From contig JARDVH010000193.1 of assembly GCA_030324005.1 (NCBI GenBank), forward strand, positions 40,093,951 to 40,157,950: a stretch of 64,000 nucleotides of DNA, in the 5' to 3' direction. The stretch's first letter is position 1. Each line of letters opens with the position of its first letter. The notes under the pieces were generated by a model. That model searched no databases, was not told the origin of the DNA, and was given only the letters and a program-made list of their open reading frames with translations. The translations under genes were made by a program, and so were the position numbers. Below are positions 1 through 13,994 of this stretch, piece after piece. This DNA is from Negaprion brevirostris (lineage: Eukaryota).

Positions 1-373
1 TACTCTGCGGGCAGTCGGTCGGGGAGGGAAGGGGACAGGGGGGCCGCAAATCGGTCTACGTAGTTGTGCGGGGGGGGAACAGTGGATAAGGGGGACAGTG
101 ATGTCTGTGGGGGCCATCACTCCAGCTTTTCTCTCCCGGCCACTTTCTCTGCTTTTTGCGGCTCGAGAGCGATGTGACAGGTGCACTTTTTCACATTTTT
201 TTCCAATTGCACATGCACAGTTCAGAACTCCGGTAGTTTTGGACACGCCCACAGGGTGATTCAGACTGGCAATTTTTTTTCAGGCTGAGTGCTGATCTGT
301 AAGCAGATTTCCAAGTCGGATCTGAATTGCACCCAGATTCAGCACTTAGAATGAAAATGGTAAAATCAGGCCT
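1..373. mobile_element. End of a GC-rich non-autonomous DNA transposon (Harbinger-like)
   Basis: GC-rich interior ending abruptly in GGTAAAATCAGGCC, similar to the termini of other MITE-like copies in this window. Confidence 0.4.
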
Positions 374-954
374 TTAATGTTTTTGGTAAAGGATAACTTC
401 AGTTGTTGAAAAATCCCAAGTGGCCTAACTATAGGCCAATTGAGTAAACTGGACCAAACACAAACTTTGCCTTGGAGTTTTTAGAAGATTCAACACTGTT
501 TGAAGAATGTGAAACTCCCAAACTAAAATGCTCAGTTTTCCCCCAACCAGGAATCAATTCAGTTTCATTGGAGTTTCTTGGTAAATCAAATGCTGCCACA
601 GTATCAAGGACATTCACTCCAACCTCACCTTTTGACAACAACTTGTATTAATGTGTTAACAAGGACTGTAATAAAGGTCCAGAGCTGAATGGTCCTGGTG
701 TTTGAACAAAGTACAACCCTGTTCTATATTAATATTGTGTTAAATTCATAATCACAAAGCATGCTAGATCTTTGGGGTCAGTTTTAAACAAGATCAGCAG
801 CAAATACCACATCTCTGCCACTGATCACAAAATCTGAGCCAATCCAATTTCTCCCAGAGTTAGGAACGGATAGGGTACACTCCTGGTTAAAGTAATTAAT
901 GAAAATTTCATACTTTATAAAATAGTGGCAAGAACAGTTTCAGAACAAAAAACT

Positions 955-2400
955 GAGGTGGGGAGTTTCCACCCCATGGCAGGCAGAAGCGGAAAATATG
1001 AGAAGACTTAAATTTCGGTTTTGTCATTATGAAACCTGTTCGCGATCATCCATTCCACCCATCAAGGGTGGGCTATATTTCCCACGCAGCATGTTGGAAC
1101 TGTCATTTTAATACATTTGCATCTCATTATACACACTTCTCATCAGATTCAACCCCCACACTGAATCAGGCCACGTCGGCATACAATTAGAATGACATGT
1201 TTCACAGTGGTACATAAAATGTGTGCACTACCAACCTGCACTTCATCACTTTGAGGTTAGTTCACCTGTCCTGAATCATGCAGGAATCAGTATCAGTCTT
1301 CACAAGCAGCACCACATCACTTTCAGGGGTAGCCACAGATATCTGTCTACCAGACCAGTAATAAGACGGGGTAGTTTTGTATGGGCTGCAGAGTTAGGCC
1401 ACCACTAAGGAAGAGGGCAGCTGGCCTCAAGCAGAAGAAGGGGCTGTTGGGTTGTGCTTTACTGGGGGTGATGACTAGGGAAGGTTGCTAGGGATGTTAA
1501 GCAGGAGAAGGGAGGGGGGTAGGTGTGAGGCAGGAGGAGGATGGGGATGTATGTTAAACAGTGTAAATAGCCTCAAGATGGGGCTGAATGAGGTCCACAT
1601 GGGCCAGAGGCTTCCACTTCAAAGTCAGACATTCGTCAGAAGAACAATGGGATAAAGGAATACAGGTATGGATGGATAGATCTGTGAGGAAGGGTAACCA
1701 GAACATGAAGGTCCTCTGGGAAAATGGAAGGGATTTCCAAACAAAGAGGGTCCAAGCTGGTCTGGCAGTGAGAGTTCAGCACCACCACCTTCCAACCTGT
1801 AATGTTGGCACAGTACAAAATTAAAATAAGAAGCTCTGCCGGTGAAGGCTTTGTGGGTGGATTGGAGGGCAGATACATCTGCTGCTTACAATGGCACACA
1901 ACTGAACTGTGCATTTCCAACTGAGTGAGAGGCACAGCTGAAACATGATAGGAATCTTTCAATGATAGTGCAGGGAATGAGGAAAGTCAAGCAATGACGC
2001 CCACTCATGAGAGACTAATCTCACAAAGTGACATAACCTTTCTCTGTGTTTTAACTCCTTATTCGCAACATGGAAATTCCCCAGTGTAATAAGGAGCTCC
2101 ACAAACTGGCAAATGGACAAGCTCCAGATGCCTGTCACAAAGTTGACACTAGATGCTACACTGAAGAGAAGCCTCAGGCCCTTTCAAATAATCTCAATTT
2201 CTGAATGAACATTTACTTTCCTGTTTATTCCTAAGTTCACTATAGTGCAGGAAATGAGTGTGCACCGCCAGCACTGAAAGCAGCATGTGAAAGCTCCTGN
2301 NNNNNNNNTTGTGGCAGTCTGTCACATTGAAAGTGGGGGGGGCGGGATATATAATCTCAATACATACCCCGTCCTAGCCATCATTTCAGATTGGGAGTAT
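955..2400. mobile_element. Highly decayed Harbinger-like element
   Basis: Starts GGGAGTTTCCACCC; composition and fragments resemble the better preserved Harbinger copies at 13-18 kb and 23-25 kb. Confidence 0.3.
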
Positions 2401-3599
2401 GGTATGACAGGGGAGCAAAGCCCTAGAATCCAAATTCATTGACGATTCATTGAAAAAAATGAGGAGTTTTGGAAACTAATGATGATACTTCTCGATTTCT
2501 CATTGATACTGCAAAGAGGGGACCATCAGGAAGATGGAGCTGAATTTATTGCTTCCTGTATTTTCACGGTCAGGCGGTAAAGAAGAAGACTCTGACAAAA
2601 GCACCTGGATTGCCAAAGGGGGATGCAACACCCACTAAAGGCCTGTATGATTTTGGTGCTAACTAACGCTGGAAGGGATTTAAGTCTGTGAGGCCTTTAT
2701 GGCTTAAATTGGATAGACAGCTGTTAAGAATTATACCTTTTCATGTTCAAGTATCCCATCTGGCAAAAGTTCTGCTATTTCTTTTTGTTGCATTCAAAAT
2801 GTTTTCTTAATGAAAGTTTGTTTTGATAAAAACTTTGAGAGTCAATAAAAGCACACCTGGAGGGAAACACCTTATGTCACACTAATGCCAAAAAAAAATC
2901 AAATAAAGTTGGGGGGCCTTGGCTAACTTCATGATATACCTTGGAGTTTCTAATTTGGTCCCTAACTCCCATGAGAGCAACATTTGCAATAAATGGAATG
3001 GGGGGGCTGGGNNNNNNNNNNNNNNNNNNNNNNNNNNNNNNNNNNNNNNNNNNNNNNNNNNNNNNNNNNNNNNNNNNNNNNNNNNNNNNNNNNNNNNCTA
3101 CACAAGATGAAATACAAAATGGGTACTATTTGATTCACATTTGTGTACATGATATGCACATTGTGAACACTCGTACAACATTGTGCTCCTAAATATATGT
3201 TTAGCTTTCCTAATCTCACTGCTACATCGAGAAGTACCATCATTAGTTTCCAAAATTCCTGACATACAGAGGTGGAAGCAGCTTACTGGCTTCTACACTC
3301 TATTGTCTGTGATGACCTTGGCATGTGAGCTCTGGTGGTCTGAGACTTGGAGGATCCCAAGGTTGGGTATCCTGCTATGGTACAGGTGCACTCTCCTTGG
3401 TCAGTGGAGCTAGACGTGGTAGGTTCGTAAGAAGAGGAGTTTTGAATTGTTTAGAATCCTGGAGTCGCCCAGCTGGATGGCCCCAGGATATCCAGCTGCT
3501 AGTCCTCCTCCCTCTGGGTGCCCAAGTGTCGCTGGCTGATTCCTTGAGAAGGGGCAGCTGGAGTGAGATGTAGCCACTGATGGATGCCACGAAGGGCTA

Positions 3600-3955
3600 C
3601 AGGGATAGACTGCTGTTCCTGTGGTAGTGCAGGAAGTGCCTCATTATTGGACTGCCATCTTTCAGATGAGATGTTAAACTGAGCCAAGCCTTCTTTCTAA
3701 GATGGACGCAAAATATCTCAGGGTACTAGTTCGGTAAGAAAGGGAGTTATCTACAATGTCCTTAGCAATACTTAGTTCTCAATCAACATCACAAAACCAA
3801 TTATTGGGGCATTATCACATTCCTGTTTTCTGCGCAAATTGAGTGTCGCGTTTCCAATATTTCGTGAGTAACCACACTTCATAAGGTACTTCATTGACTG
3901 CAACATGCTTTGGGACATCCTGAGATCATTGGTGCCATGTATATGTAAGTCATTC
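3600..3955 (+). mobile_element. Deu-domain SINE (SacSINE1-like)
   Basis: GCCATCTTTCAGATGAGATGTTAAACTGAG...GGAGTTATCT...AATCAACATCAC...TACTTCATTGACTG...TTTGGGACATCCTGAG core. Confidence 0.7.
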
Positions 3956-4189
3956 TTTTGTACAAAATTGCAGATAACATTAAGATGCAACAATATTCAG
4001 TTTTGGTAATTTATCTAATTTTGTAGAATGCTTTTTTGAGTTTCATCAATGGATTTTCTACCTACGCAGATGTGGAAGGTTGCAATATATGAGTTAAAGA
4101 AGATTTAGACTACTTAGAAACTGAAACAATAAGAAATTTCTGGAGGCATGTTATCCTAATGATTTTCCTTCAATGGATGGAAGCTAAAT

Positions 4190-4700
4190 TTAAATTACTT
4201 CAGTCTGTCATTAGCCTCTTTGTGTTGAGGATGATTCTTTCTGGCAGATGATTGGATGGAAGTGAGATGTCAGTGTTGACTGTGGATTCACAGATGGTTG
4301 TGAGCCCTATCTTAGCCTTGCAGACTCTCCCACAGTGAGGACACTGTTTGTCAGCCAGAAGAGATAGTGGCAGACTGTTGACTCAAGCAACTGTCCTCCC
4401 TTTCTCTCTCTTTTGCCGTTCTCTCTGCATTTGTTGATTGGAAGATCCTGACATCATTTTTGATGATGAATCACCTGCTTCCCATGTGTTGGCATTAATA
4501 GAGCAGAACTTCATGGAGGCTTTAGACATATGAACAAATAATTTCCTTAATCATATGCTGATGAACTAATGGGAGGAAAACTTTCTTTCTGCTGCCTGTA
4601 AGGTTCTATGTGAAATAATGTTGGGAAATCTCAATCCAACTCCCATTGGCCTGCAGCATAAAACAACCTTAATTCAGCACTAATCATCAATTTTGTTTGA
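4190..4700 (-). mobile_element. RTE/BovB-like LINE 3' fragment
   Basis: Minus strand encodes CPHCGRVCKAKIGLTT, the C-terminal zinc-finger motif of RTE ORFs. Confidence 0.6.
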
Positions 4701-7629
4701 ACAGGCTACAGAATAGATAGCTTGGGAAATAGAAAAATATCAAACTGGTCTAAAGAGGAGTGTACATGAAGTTGGGAAGAAGTATTTTCTTGGGGATAGG
4801 CTTCCTTCTGTACCCAAGTGCAGTATACCTGAATTGAAGGTACTGAAACTATGTGCCTGAAATCAAAAGTGTCCCATTCCCTAGCACTCACATCCTATAA
4901 TTTTGAGAAAAAAAGAATAAATTTACAAATCAATAAATTTTGCTCCAACCTATGAAGATTTCAAATGAAGTATTTTGAAGAAGAAATCTCAAAGAGTAAT
5001 GCTCAAGACAAACAAATACCAATCATTTTTCAAATTAATTCAGCTCATTCAACATTTTTTTTCATGTCTGCTGAATGCTGGGAAGTCCATGTAACTTTGT
5101 GCCTTCTATAATCAGCATTTTAATTCCAAAAGACCTAACCACAAAGTTTCAGGTTGTGTTCTCCTCACCAACTGATGGATTTCCTCAGCTCACCAGTTAC
5201 AAAGCTGGAAGTGCTACAATCTGCCTGGTCCACTTGATAACATTTGCATAGCTACTCATTATACCACTCAAGGATGAACAGTTTTAAAACACCTTTTAAG
5301 ATTTGAAATCAAAAATGTGCCTTTTTAGTCTAGCAGTTTCTAAAACAAAATTAAAAATTGCCAATTTCAATGGAGCCATGTAAAGGATTTTTTTTTAAAC
5401 AGCAAATAAAAACCATCCCAAAACAAAGGATGAAATCATCTTGCATCATTCCAGATGCCTTCTAGCAAGTATATTATGAAAGGCATGATCAGAAAGCATA
5501 AAGCAAGCTACTCATCCCCTTTCGCAGCTCGGGAAAATAGTGCAGAGAAGAAAAAAAGGGGACACATGATGCTTAAAATAAATTTAAATTCTAATTGTAT
5601 AGAACCAATAAAATCAACAACTATTTTATTTTTAATTATTGAAGGTATGTCCAACAGCTTTCCTACCATACCCATAAGGTTTGTGACCACATGGTTTATG
5701 GTAATACACTTGTTTCACCATTATTTGTCACTGAATCCTCCTTCCAAGAGATTAATAAAATATCTGAAGATATGCATATATGTTTTTAGTCACAAAACAA
5801 ACTATGGAACTAAAAAATCATTTTAAAACTGATTAGTGAAATAAAAGGGGTCAATCACCTTTTGAAAGAGCCAAAGGCAGATCACATAACTTAGTGGTTG
5901 GCATGAAAACAGAAACACCATTGTGCTTGTAATACTCCTCATTAAAACTAAATCAAACTTAAATTAATGAAAAAACATTTAATTATGAGTGTTATAAATA
6001 GAATATGCAGCAAAGGTCAGTGAATTATGATTTTTATTTCCATTCTTGAGACAGGCCATAATTTATCTGAACTGTTTATGGTCATAACTTATCGAGTCTG
6101 CCTCATTTGTGGAAGTAAAAATGTCTCACTGCCCTCTGTAGCATGACCTCAACATATTGGTTTTAAGTTTCATTTAGTTAATGGTATGAATACATAATTG
6201 TAAAAATTTCACTTAACAAAATCACATAATGCTCCAACTCAATAAATAGTGCCAGCATTGCAACAATTCAGTTTAATTCAATTTTTCTTGTTTCTTCATT
6301 AGATTATGCTGTTTTGCTAAGTAATGGACATTGCTCATAACTGTACTGCTTTCAAAACTGCTTTGAATATAGTGCATAAAATGCACTTTTCAGGTCTACT
6401 GTATAATAAATCAACAAAATATGCAAATAATTTCAGAAACTTTATAATTTTAAACAATTATATTTAACTAAGAGATATGTTAAGTAAGACAGTGTTAAAA
6501 TAACATCTTCTGGTGCTTTAAGTAAGAAAGTATGAAACATCTATGAAACAATTCACGTTATTATTGCATATACATGGGTTCTGTTTCAGCACCATCCAGA
6601 ATAAACACAAATTTTCATGATTAATTTGTTGCTATCCATCAGCTATTTTAATCATAGGTGCATCAACTAAAATGGATATATTTTGGTCATGTGACTTAAT
6701 TCCGTTACGGCTTGACTGCACTAAATGGGAACTACATCACAATGAGACCTCTGATCGCTCTGAGCATTTCATGTGGTAATCTGTTAAGTAGTTGTTACGT
6801 CATAATGTCTCCCTCAGGATTTCTAAAACGCTGCCACATTCTAAGAATCAAGCATACTTAGCAATTCGTACTTACTCCTACCTTTTTTATTAAATGCACA
6901 ATATAAACAATTAGAATCAGCACAATTCAGTTGCGTGTTTTGCAGGAAATAAAACTTTGGTACTTTTTTATGTATTAGACTGTTTTACAGTTAAGGTCAG
7001 CTAAATTACCCGTAATATTTTTAAAAAGGCACTACATATAATACTGTTTTGCATATTTTGAAGAGCTTGCCATCATTATGGTCACATATCATAAACAACA
7101 TTTATTTAAAAAAAAAGCACAACTGCCTGCCTTATACATTTCTTGCTTCCAATCAAAAATAAGCTCCTTTTTTCCTGTCTTTTGATGAAGATAGCAATTT
7201 ACGTTGGAATGCAGCTACAACAACAACAATTTTCCTATACCTCAGTCAAACGAATACTCTATCTGTGTTGCCAAAAGAGTATCAACCATCATGGCAAAAC
7301 CAAACTCAATCCTGCCCTGACATCCAGACACTCATATGTTCCTGCACGGAACACTGCACAGCAATCAGGAGTAAGAAAACTGCCAATTTTTCCTCTCTCT
7401 CCTGCACATAGTGAGAACGGTGCCTTATTCCAACTGCGGAAGGTAACTGAATGTGAACCTGAAATTGAACCAGACCACATCTAAGGTGCAGTTGCTCACT
7501 CAGCCATTAGAGAAACCCAAAAAAACCCTTAAAAATTGTAATCTGCAAAATGGCAACTGCTATATCCTCAACACAAGAACCTGCCATTAACTTGGAAAAT
7601 GGTGGGTACGTCTAGTGTTCAAAAACACA

Positions 7630-8410
7630 AGACATATTTAGATTTATATAGCACCTTTCATGGATGTCTCAAAGTATTTTCTAGGCAATGAAGTACTTTT
7701 GAAGTTGTAACATAGAAACAAAGGCAGCCAAATTGCACACAGCAAACTCCCAAAAACAGCACTGCAATGATGATCACATAACTTAGTTTTTTTGTTATGT
7801 TGACTGAGGGCTAGATATTGACCAGGACACTGGAAAATAACTCCCTGTTCTTTATTAAAAGTGGTGGCATTGAATTTTTTTTACGTCAATCTGAGAGGAC
7901 AGAGTACTCCTTCAGTACTGTACTTGAATGTTAGCCTTGATTTTTGTGCTCAGGTGCTGGAGTGGGACTTTAACCCATAATTTTGCAAATTGCGTGGAGG
8001 GTGTGGAAAGTCTGCAGAGATCTGGAAAGGCTGAGTGAGTGGGCGAGGACCTGGCAGATGGAGTATAATGTCAGCAAGTGTGAGGTTATCCTCTTTGGCA
8101 GAAATAATAGTAGGAGGGACTATTATTTAAAAGGCGAAAAGCTGCAGCATGCTACGGTGCAGAGGGACCTGGGGGTCCTTGTGCATGAGTCGCAAAANNN
8201 NNNNNNNNNNNNNNNNNNNNNNNNNNNNNNNNNNNNNNNNNNNNNNNNNNNNNNNNNNNNNNNNNNNNNNNNNNNNNNNNNNNNNNNNNNNNNNNNNGGC
8301 GGGGCAGGCTCGAAGGGCTAGATGGCCTACTCCTGCTCCTATTTCTTATGTTCTTATGTTCTTATGTTCTTAATTTTATGACTCAGAGGCTAGCATCTGA
8401 ACCATGGCTG
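7630..8410 (-). mobile_element. Deu-domain SINE split by a CR1 insertion
   Basis: Reverse complement of the SINE at 3600; head GGGACTTTAACCCA...TGACTCAGAGGC is interrupted at 7985-8370. Confidence 0.7.
7985..8370 (+). mobile_element. 5'-truncated CR1 LINE with 7-bp TSD
   Basis: RDLERLSEWARTWQMEYNVSKCEV...QRDLGVLVHES; (TTCTTATG)n tail; TSD TAATTTT at 7978-7984 and 8371-8377. Confidence 0.88.
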
Positions 8411-8614
8411 ACATATATTTTGTAGCATCAGACTTGGTTTCCAGTCGTAAAGGGAAGATTCTTGGACTGGAAGAATAGCATCGGCTGATTCATGATCCTT
8501 TAAACATAGATTTCTCTTGAGGGGCCACTGGACTTGCCCTGTGGAGCTCCATGATAAATTTTCAATGCATATCTCTGGTGTGAACACTACCTTCTCCAGA
8601 ATTAAGCTGGAAAC

Positions 8615-8762
8615 CATAAAACGTCATCAGAAAGATAAGATCATTGAACTAAAATATTAATCGTTTCCCTCTTCAGAGATGCTGCTAGGCCTGCTAATCA
8701 TTTCTAGCATTTTCTGTTGTTATTTCTGATTGCTGGCATCTGCTGTAATTTTGCTTTTGGTG
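8615..8762. mobile_element. Penelope-like terminal repeat fragment
   Basis: AGATGCTGCTAGGCCTGCT...TTTCTAGCATTTTCTGTT...GCATCTGC, the reverse complement of the repeat at 42935. Confidence 0.55.
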
Positions 8763-10039
8763 TTAATATGTGAGTCACCTATCCTCTTTATTGTTGCTTC
8801 TGAGTACACTTTGATCTCCTAACCAACATTTAGCCAAAATGTAAGAAGGGGAATTTGATCTGCATTGATGAATCAAGCATCTACTCCTTCCCATTCGACG
8901 TGGTTTATCAAATTTGGTGTTATAGGACCCTGCGTTAACAAAATTTCACCAACATTGGTCTCAATAAGCTGCACCACAATTACTCACACATCAGAGCTTT
9001 AGATCGATAAATATGGATGGGATGCAATTAGAAGCTATGTATTGTTAGTTCACCACCCAAAATCTATCCCATCAATCTCGCAAAAGAAAATACTGATCTG
9101 CTGATATGTTTTGTTATTTAACAAATAAAACTACCACTCTCCCTACAGTTTTGAAAACAAATTAGTTGCAGATATCTTTGCAGTCAAACACAAAAAATTA
9201 TTCAATAACAGTAAAATTTAAAACCAACTATGTGTATTCACTGATACAGTCATGTTCCTTTACTTTTAAGACATATGAATTACTTCATAAAAATAAAAGT
9301 TATCATACAAATTTACAGTAATGATCAGTGCGTCATAATTAGCAATGTCAACTGGGATGTACAAATAACTGCTCATGGTATAATTTTATATTTTATCATT
9401 TGTTGTGTGGAAATATATATGATCATACTCCAAAAAAGAGCAACACAAATTATAATATCACTGTAATGTTATACCGGAAGTGCACAAGCACCATTTACTG
9501 AATCATGTACAGCTAAAGTAGTAATTTCAGTTCAACCATATTTTAAACCAAGGCAGCTCTGACTCAGAAACACATTACGGCCAGGCAGTATAATAATCAT
9601 CGAGGAGTCAGAATGTCTGTTGGTCACCAACCTATGATTTACAATATCAACCAAAAAACTTTATTTTTCAGTCTAAAATTATTGGGCCACTTGATGTCAA
9701 CTCAATGAAAATTCATCAGTCTTGATGGCCTTCTACAAGTGAATCTTGGCGATAAAATGTAAGTGAGCAAAAAGCAGCAAAAGTGCCAAGAGCTTAGTTT
9801 TCTATATCAAATGCCATTCTGAGCACCAATACCCTCAAATGACATGAGTAAAACTGTAAATCAGAGGTTGGCGGGCAAAGGACAAAGTTAACTTGTTTAG
9901 GCATGTGGAAGGGAAGCAGGCAAGGAAGGGAAAGTACATTGGAAGGAAGGATCTTTGTAGCCCATGAAGTTGAAGTCAGTAATTATTTTATTGTGCCCAA
10001 AAAGTTAACCAACATTGTCTCACAAACAATAAATAACCT

Positions 10040-10330
10040 AATAATTTGTTTTAACGATAATAGTGGAGGGATAAATGTCAGCCAGGACATCAAATGAACT
10101 CTCCTGCTCTCTTTTGAATACGGCAATAGGATCTTGCATGTCCACGTGAGAAAACAGATAAGACCTCTGTTTAATGTTTCATTGGAAATTTGCCACTTCT
10201 AACACTGTAGCACTCTACTGGTTCTGCATTGAATTGTCACCCTATTTATGTGTTCAGTCTCTGTAAATGGACTCGAACCCAGGACTTTCTACCTTAATGG
10301 TGAGAATGTTGTCACAGAGGCAAGGCTCAA
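10040..10330 (-). mobile_element. Deu-domain SINE
   Basis: GGGATAAATGTCAGCCAGGACA...AACTCTCCTGCTCT...GGACTCGAACCC, same family as the 7630 copy. Confidence 0.65.
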
Positions 10331-10789
10331 CTAGCAGCATTATTGGCTTGTTTACTGTTTGTGGGACAATGCTGAGCACAAATTGATTGCCCTGTTTGGG
10401 CATATTAAGACAATTACTGCACTTCAACTTACTTCCTGGGCCACAAAGATCCTTCCTTCCTTTTACCTTTGGAAGCAGTACATGGAGCAGTACATCAAAG
10501 GCTCAGGTGTCACAGCAAGGAGGATCCCAGTTTGCATGCCCACCATCATCTGCCAAAATCGTGCTGCAGTTTATGCCAGAGGGATCTTATGGTCCTACTG
10601 ACGGCGCACCTGCCATGGGTTTCCCAGCGATGAAAAGTGCATTCAACGGGAAAACCAGTTGACAACGGCAATGCCGTAAGATCGCACCATCTGTGAGCGG
10701 TGTGCCACGTTCCGCCACCGTGCAACATGCCACAGAGGGGGAGGAAAATCATGCTCATGATAGAGGAATGATATTTCAAAAAGCTCAAG

Positions 10790-11040
10790 CTCATCATTGA
10801 TGGTTTTCTAAAAAGACACAAGATAGGACATTTTTCTCTGGAACGTAGGAGGCTGACAGGTGATCTTATAGAGGTCTTTGGGCATAGATCAGTTAGATAT
10901 TTGATATCTTTTCCCAAAAATAGGTGAATCTAAAACTAGAGGGCAAAGGTGAGAAGGGAGAGATACAAAAGAGTCCAGGGGGCAATTTTTTTCATACAGA
11001 GAGTGATGAGTGTCTGGAACAAGCTGCCAGAGGTGGCTAC
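10790..11040 (+). mobile_element. CR1 LINE 3' ORF2 fragment
   Basis: FSLERRRLTGDLIEVF motif followed by TRG and WNKLP motifs. Confidence 0.75.
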
Positions 11041-11843
11041 AATACGACTTGATTCATGAGGAGATAGATATCAATTGTAATGCATAGATATTGAATGTCA
11101 CTGCTGGCTTTAACTTTTATGCCACATGGACCTCTCAGGCTTCTGTAGGAAAGACCTCAGATATTAGCTATTTCACTCTGTGCCATTCCATTGAGGAGGT
11201 AATTGAAGTATCACCATGCACTTCACAAAGTATACCTCATTAGAAATTCATACCAACATTCAGCACTTTTTCCCCCAAACATGGCTTCCCCAAAGTTCAA
11301 CACATAACTGACCCATACAGCCATTTTGCATCCACCACAAATGCTACTTCAGAAGTAAATAGGTAGTAACTATTCCACCATAATACAAATTGCATGCGAT
11401 TGGAACGTCCACCACAACAACAATGGGATCCTGGAAAAGGCTGGAGTGTAACAGGGAGTACTCCTACCTGTGCACTGTGAAGTTCCANNNNNNNNNNAGG
11501 TAAATCAGAGCATGTAGACAGGGAGGAAGGGTTGAACTGGGTCCTTAGATACAGCTGTAGTAGCACCATCTTGGAGGTCCCAGAACAATGATATTGTGAA
11601 AAAAGAGAAAGTAAGATCAGTTCTGTCTAAGGGGTATGAGGTAGTGTGGGAGGATCACTGTGCTGGGCTGTGGGCACCTTCTTGGGACATGCTCTCACTT
11701 GGTGGTAGTGCTATAGTGGACGGGATCCAAGTCAGTTACAAAAGGAGAGAGATCTTGTTGCCCGGTAACAACTGAAATTCAATCAATACATTCAGTGCTG
11801 TTGAAAGGATACATAGAACTCAATAGTGTTGCAATCCCAGTGG

Positions 11844-12945
11844 ATGTTCTAACCGGATGGAAAGATCCCAGAATGGAACCGTGGCTCAAAAGATCATAAT
11901 TTTTAGGAAACATGGAGGAACAGTGTTACAGAAATGCCAATTAGCTTTTAACAATAAAAAAAGGTTTGACTATAATACAATACTCCTTCACGCCACCCAC
12001 CCCCACCTCCAACCTTCACAAATATACACAAATTTTCAGGATAACACAGGTTACAAAATATATCTCATAGTATGTTCCCAGTGGACACACCGTCCCTTTA
12101 AATGCACAGGCTAACTGTGGTTTGACACTCTATTCTGAAACTAAACGGTAGGCACCATCCAAGTGAATTTCTCCTCTAAGTCCCCCAGATGATTGTCATA
12201 TAAATATTTGAACACTCCATTCTCAAAAAGACACACTTTAAAACATTTTTTCAACCAATGCTTTCCATCAGCTGCTTTCATCATGGATCTTCCTCCAAGT
12301 TTTCCAACTCTCCTTTGAAGATTCCTTTGTCTTGAATGTGTTTACACAAACTCTTAAGGTCCATTGACTGCTCTATAATTAGACAAGTTACTGATTCACA
12401 GGCTGTAGTAAGATATCACAAGTCACATCAGTTACCTTTCTGGCTTCTCACTAGCCAACTCCTTCTCGGCTCTGTATATGGCTTCAATGAACAATACTCT
12501 GTTCCAGATTCTTCTGTTCCTTTAACTTTAGGCTTCCTGGAAACTTCTCTTCATTTCTCTAGTTTCCTTAACTAGTTGTTCTTTAATTGTTCCTTGCCCC
12601 TTACTCCACTTCATGGCTTTTCTTCTAGCAGAGCAGAGAGAGAGATGTTCCTTTACCACGCCAAGATCCTTGTACTCTGATTTCTAGTTAAAACTAAACA
12701 TGAAAAGGCTATTTTCTTGAAAAGGTTGCCAGCCAGCATCTTATTCTTTCCTCAAACTCATTTACTTGTCACTCCTAAGCACTTGAGGCATAAAAGAAAC
12801 ATAGTTTGAACTGAAAGCAAAAACCCCACATATATCTTTGTTTAACATGAATCTAACTAGAATCGTACCCTTTCCTACACAAAACACTAAATTAAATAAA
12901 TCTATTCCTTATTTCTATTATTTAATGATACCTGTTTCTTTACAA
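11844..12945. mobile_element. Possible solo LTR
   Basis: ~1.1 kb block bounded by TGTT...TACA with a pyrimidine-rich interior; no TSD found. Confidence 0.3.
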
Positions 12946-13994
12946 TAGTCTCAAAGTATAAGGTCAGTGTGCAGTCTTGGAGAATGGAGGCATTAGTATA
13001 GGAGGCACAAGTGTATTGTATCTGCCATCCCATCAATGAAGGGCAGGCATGGGGTAACAATGAACACTATTCATTACTGACCAATGAGTATTTGAAAGCT
13101 CATTGGAACGCCACTTCAAGCAATAAAATGCAGAGCAATTTTGGTTTATTTATTTCATTTACACCTAATAACCCCCACCAGAGGACTCCAGGTGTCACAT
13201 CTCCAGAATGAAATGTTGCTCACCTCTATATAAGTGCTAGCATCTCAGGGGTGAGGCTGCATCAGGCACAATGCAATTAAGACACCCAAAGCTGTGTAGC
13301 CCACGTTTCCCAAAGGTCTCTCAATCATAGCTTCCCTTTCTGAACTCCTTACCCATTGCTGTCTTTGATGTTTACTTTCAGAGAGAAGATAAAAAGACTA
13401 ATGAATCCAGAGCTTAATGCTGCTTTTCCCAGTCCTCATTCAATGGAATCGGTGAAGGAGGGAGAGGCATTGGCTCACACAGCTCCAACAGGAGTCACTA
13501 TCTAGGGTCAAGTGGCCAAGGAGACCCTGAGCAATAATAGGAAGACAAGGTTAGACCTAGGCAGCAGAGACGATGCACCACACCAAGGGCTTATTGTTTT
13601 TCTTCTATTTACAAATGAGTGAGAGCAAGTGCCAGGGTCACTTGTGATTGTCCAGAGACCTCATGCATCACATACGCCACATTCTTTATGAAAACCTGAT
13701 GCCAGATGGGGTTAGAGGCTTCTCCCTGCTAGTGGCTTTGAAGGTGCTGGCAGCACTCAATTTTTTTTGCCTCTAGGTCTTTCCAGGAATCAATGGGAAT
13801 CAGAGCGGTAGCTCTCCTTTGCAACACATCACTGCATAAAAGGTCACCGATGCCCTTTACAGGAAGGCCCATCATTATGTCAAGTTTGCTCTGGACGTGT
13901 ATAGCCAGGCTCAAAGACTCACTGCCTCGCAGCTACCAAAAGTATTCCACTACACTCATGTGGTTATTTGGGCTCCTTGGCAGCAGTACCTAAT

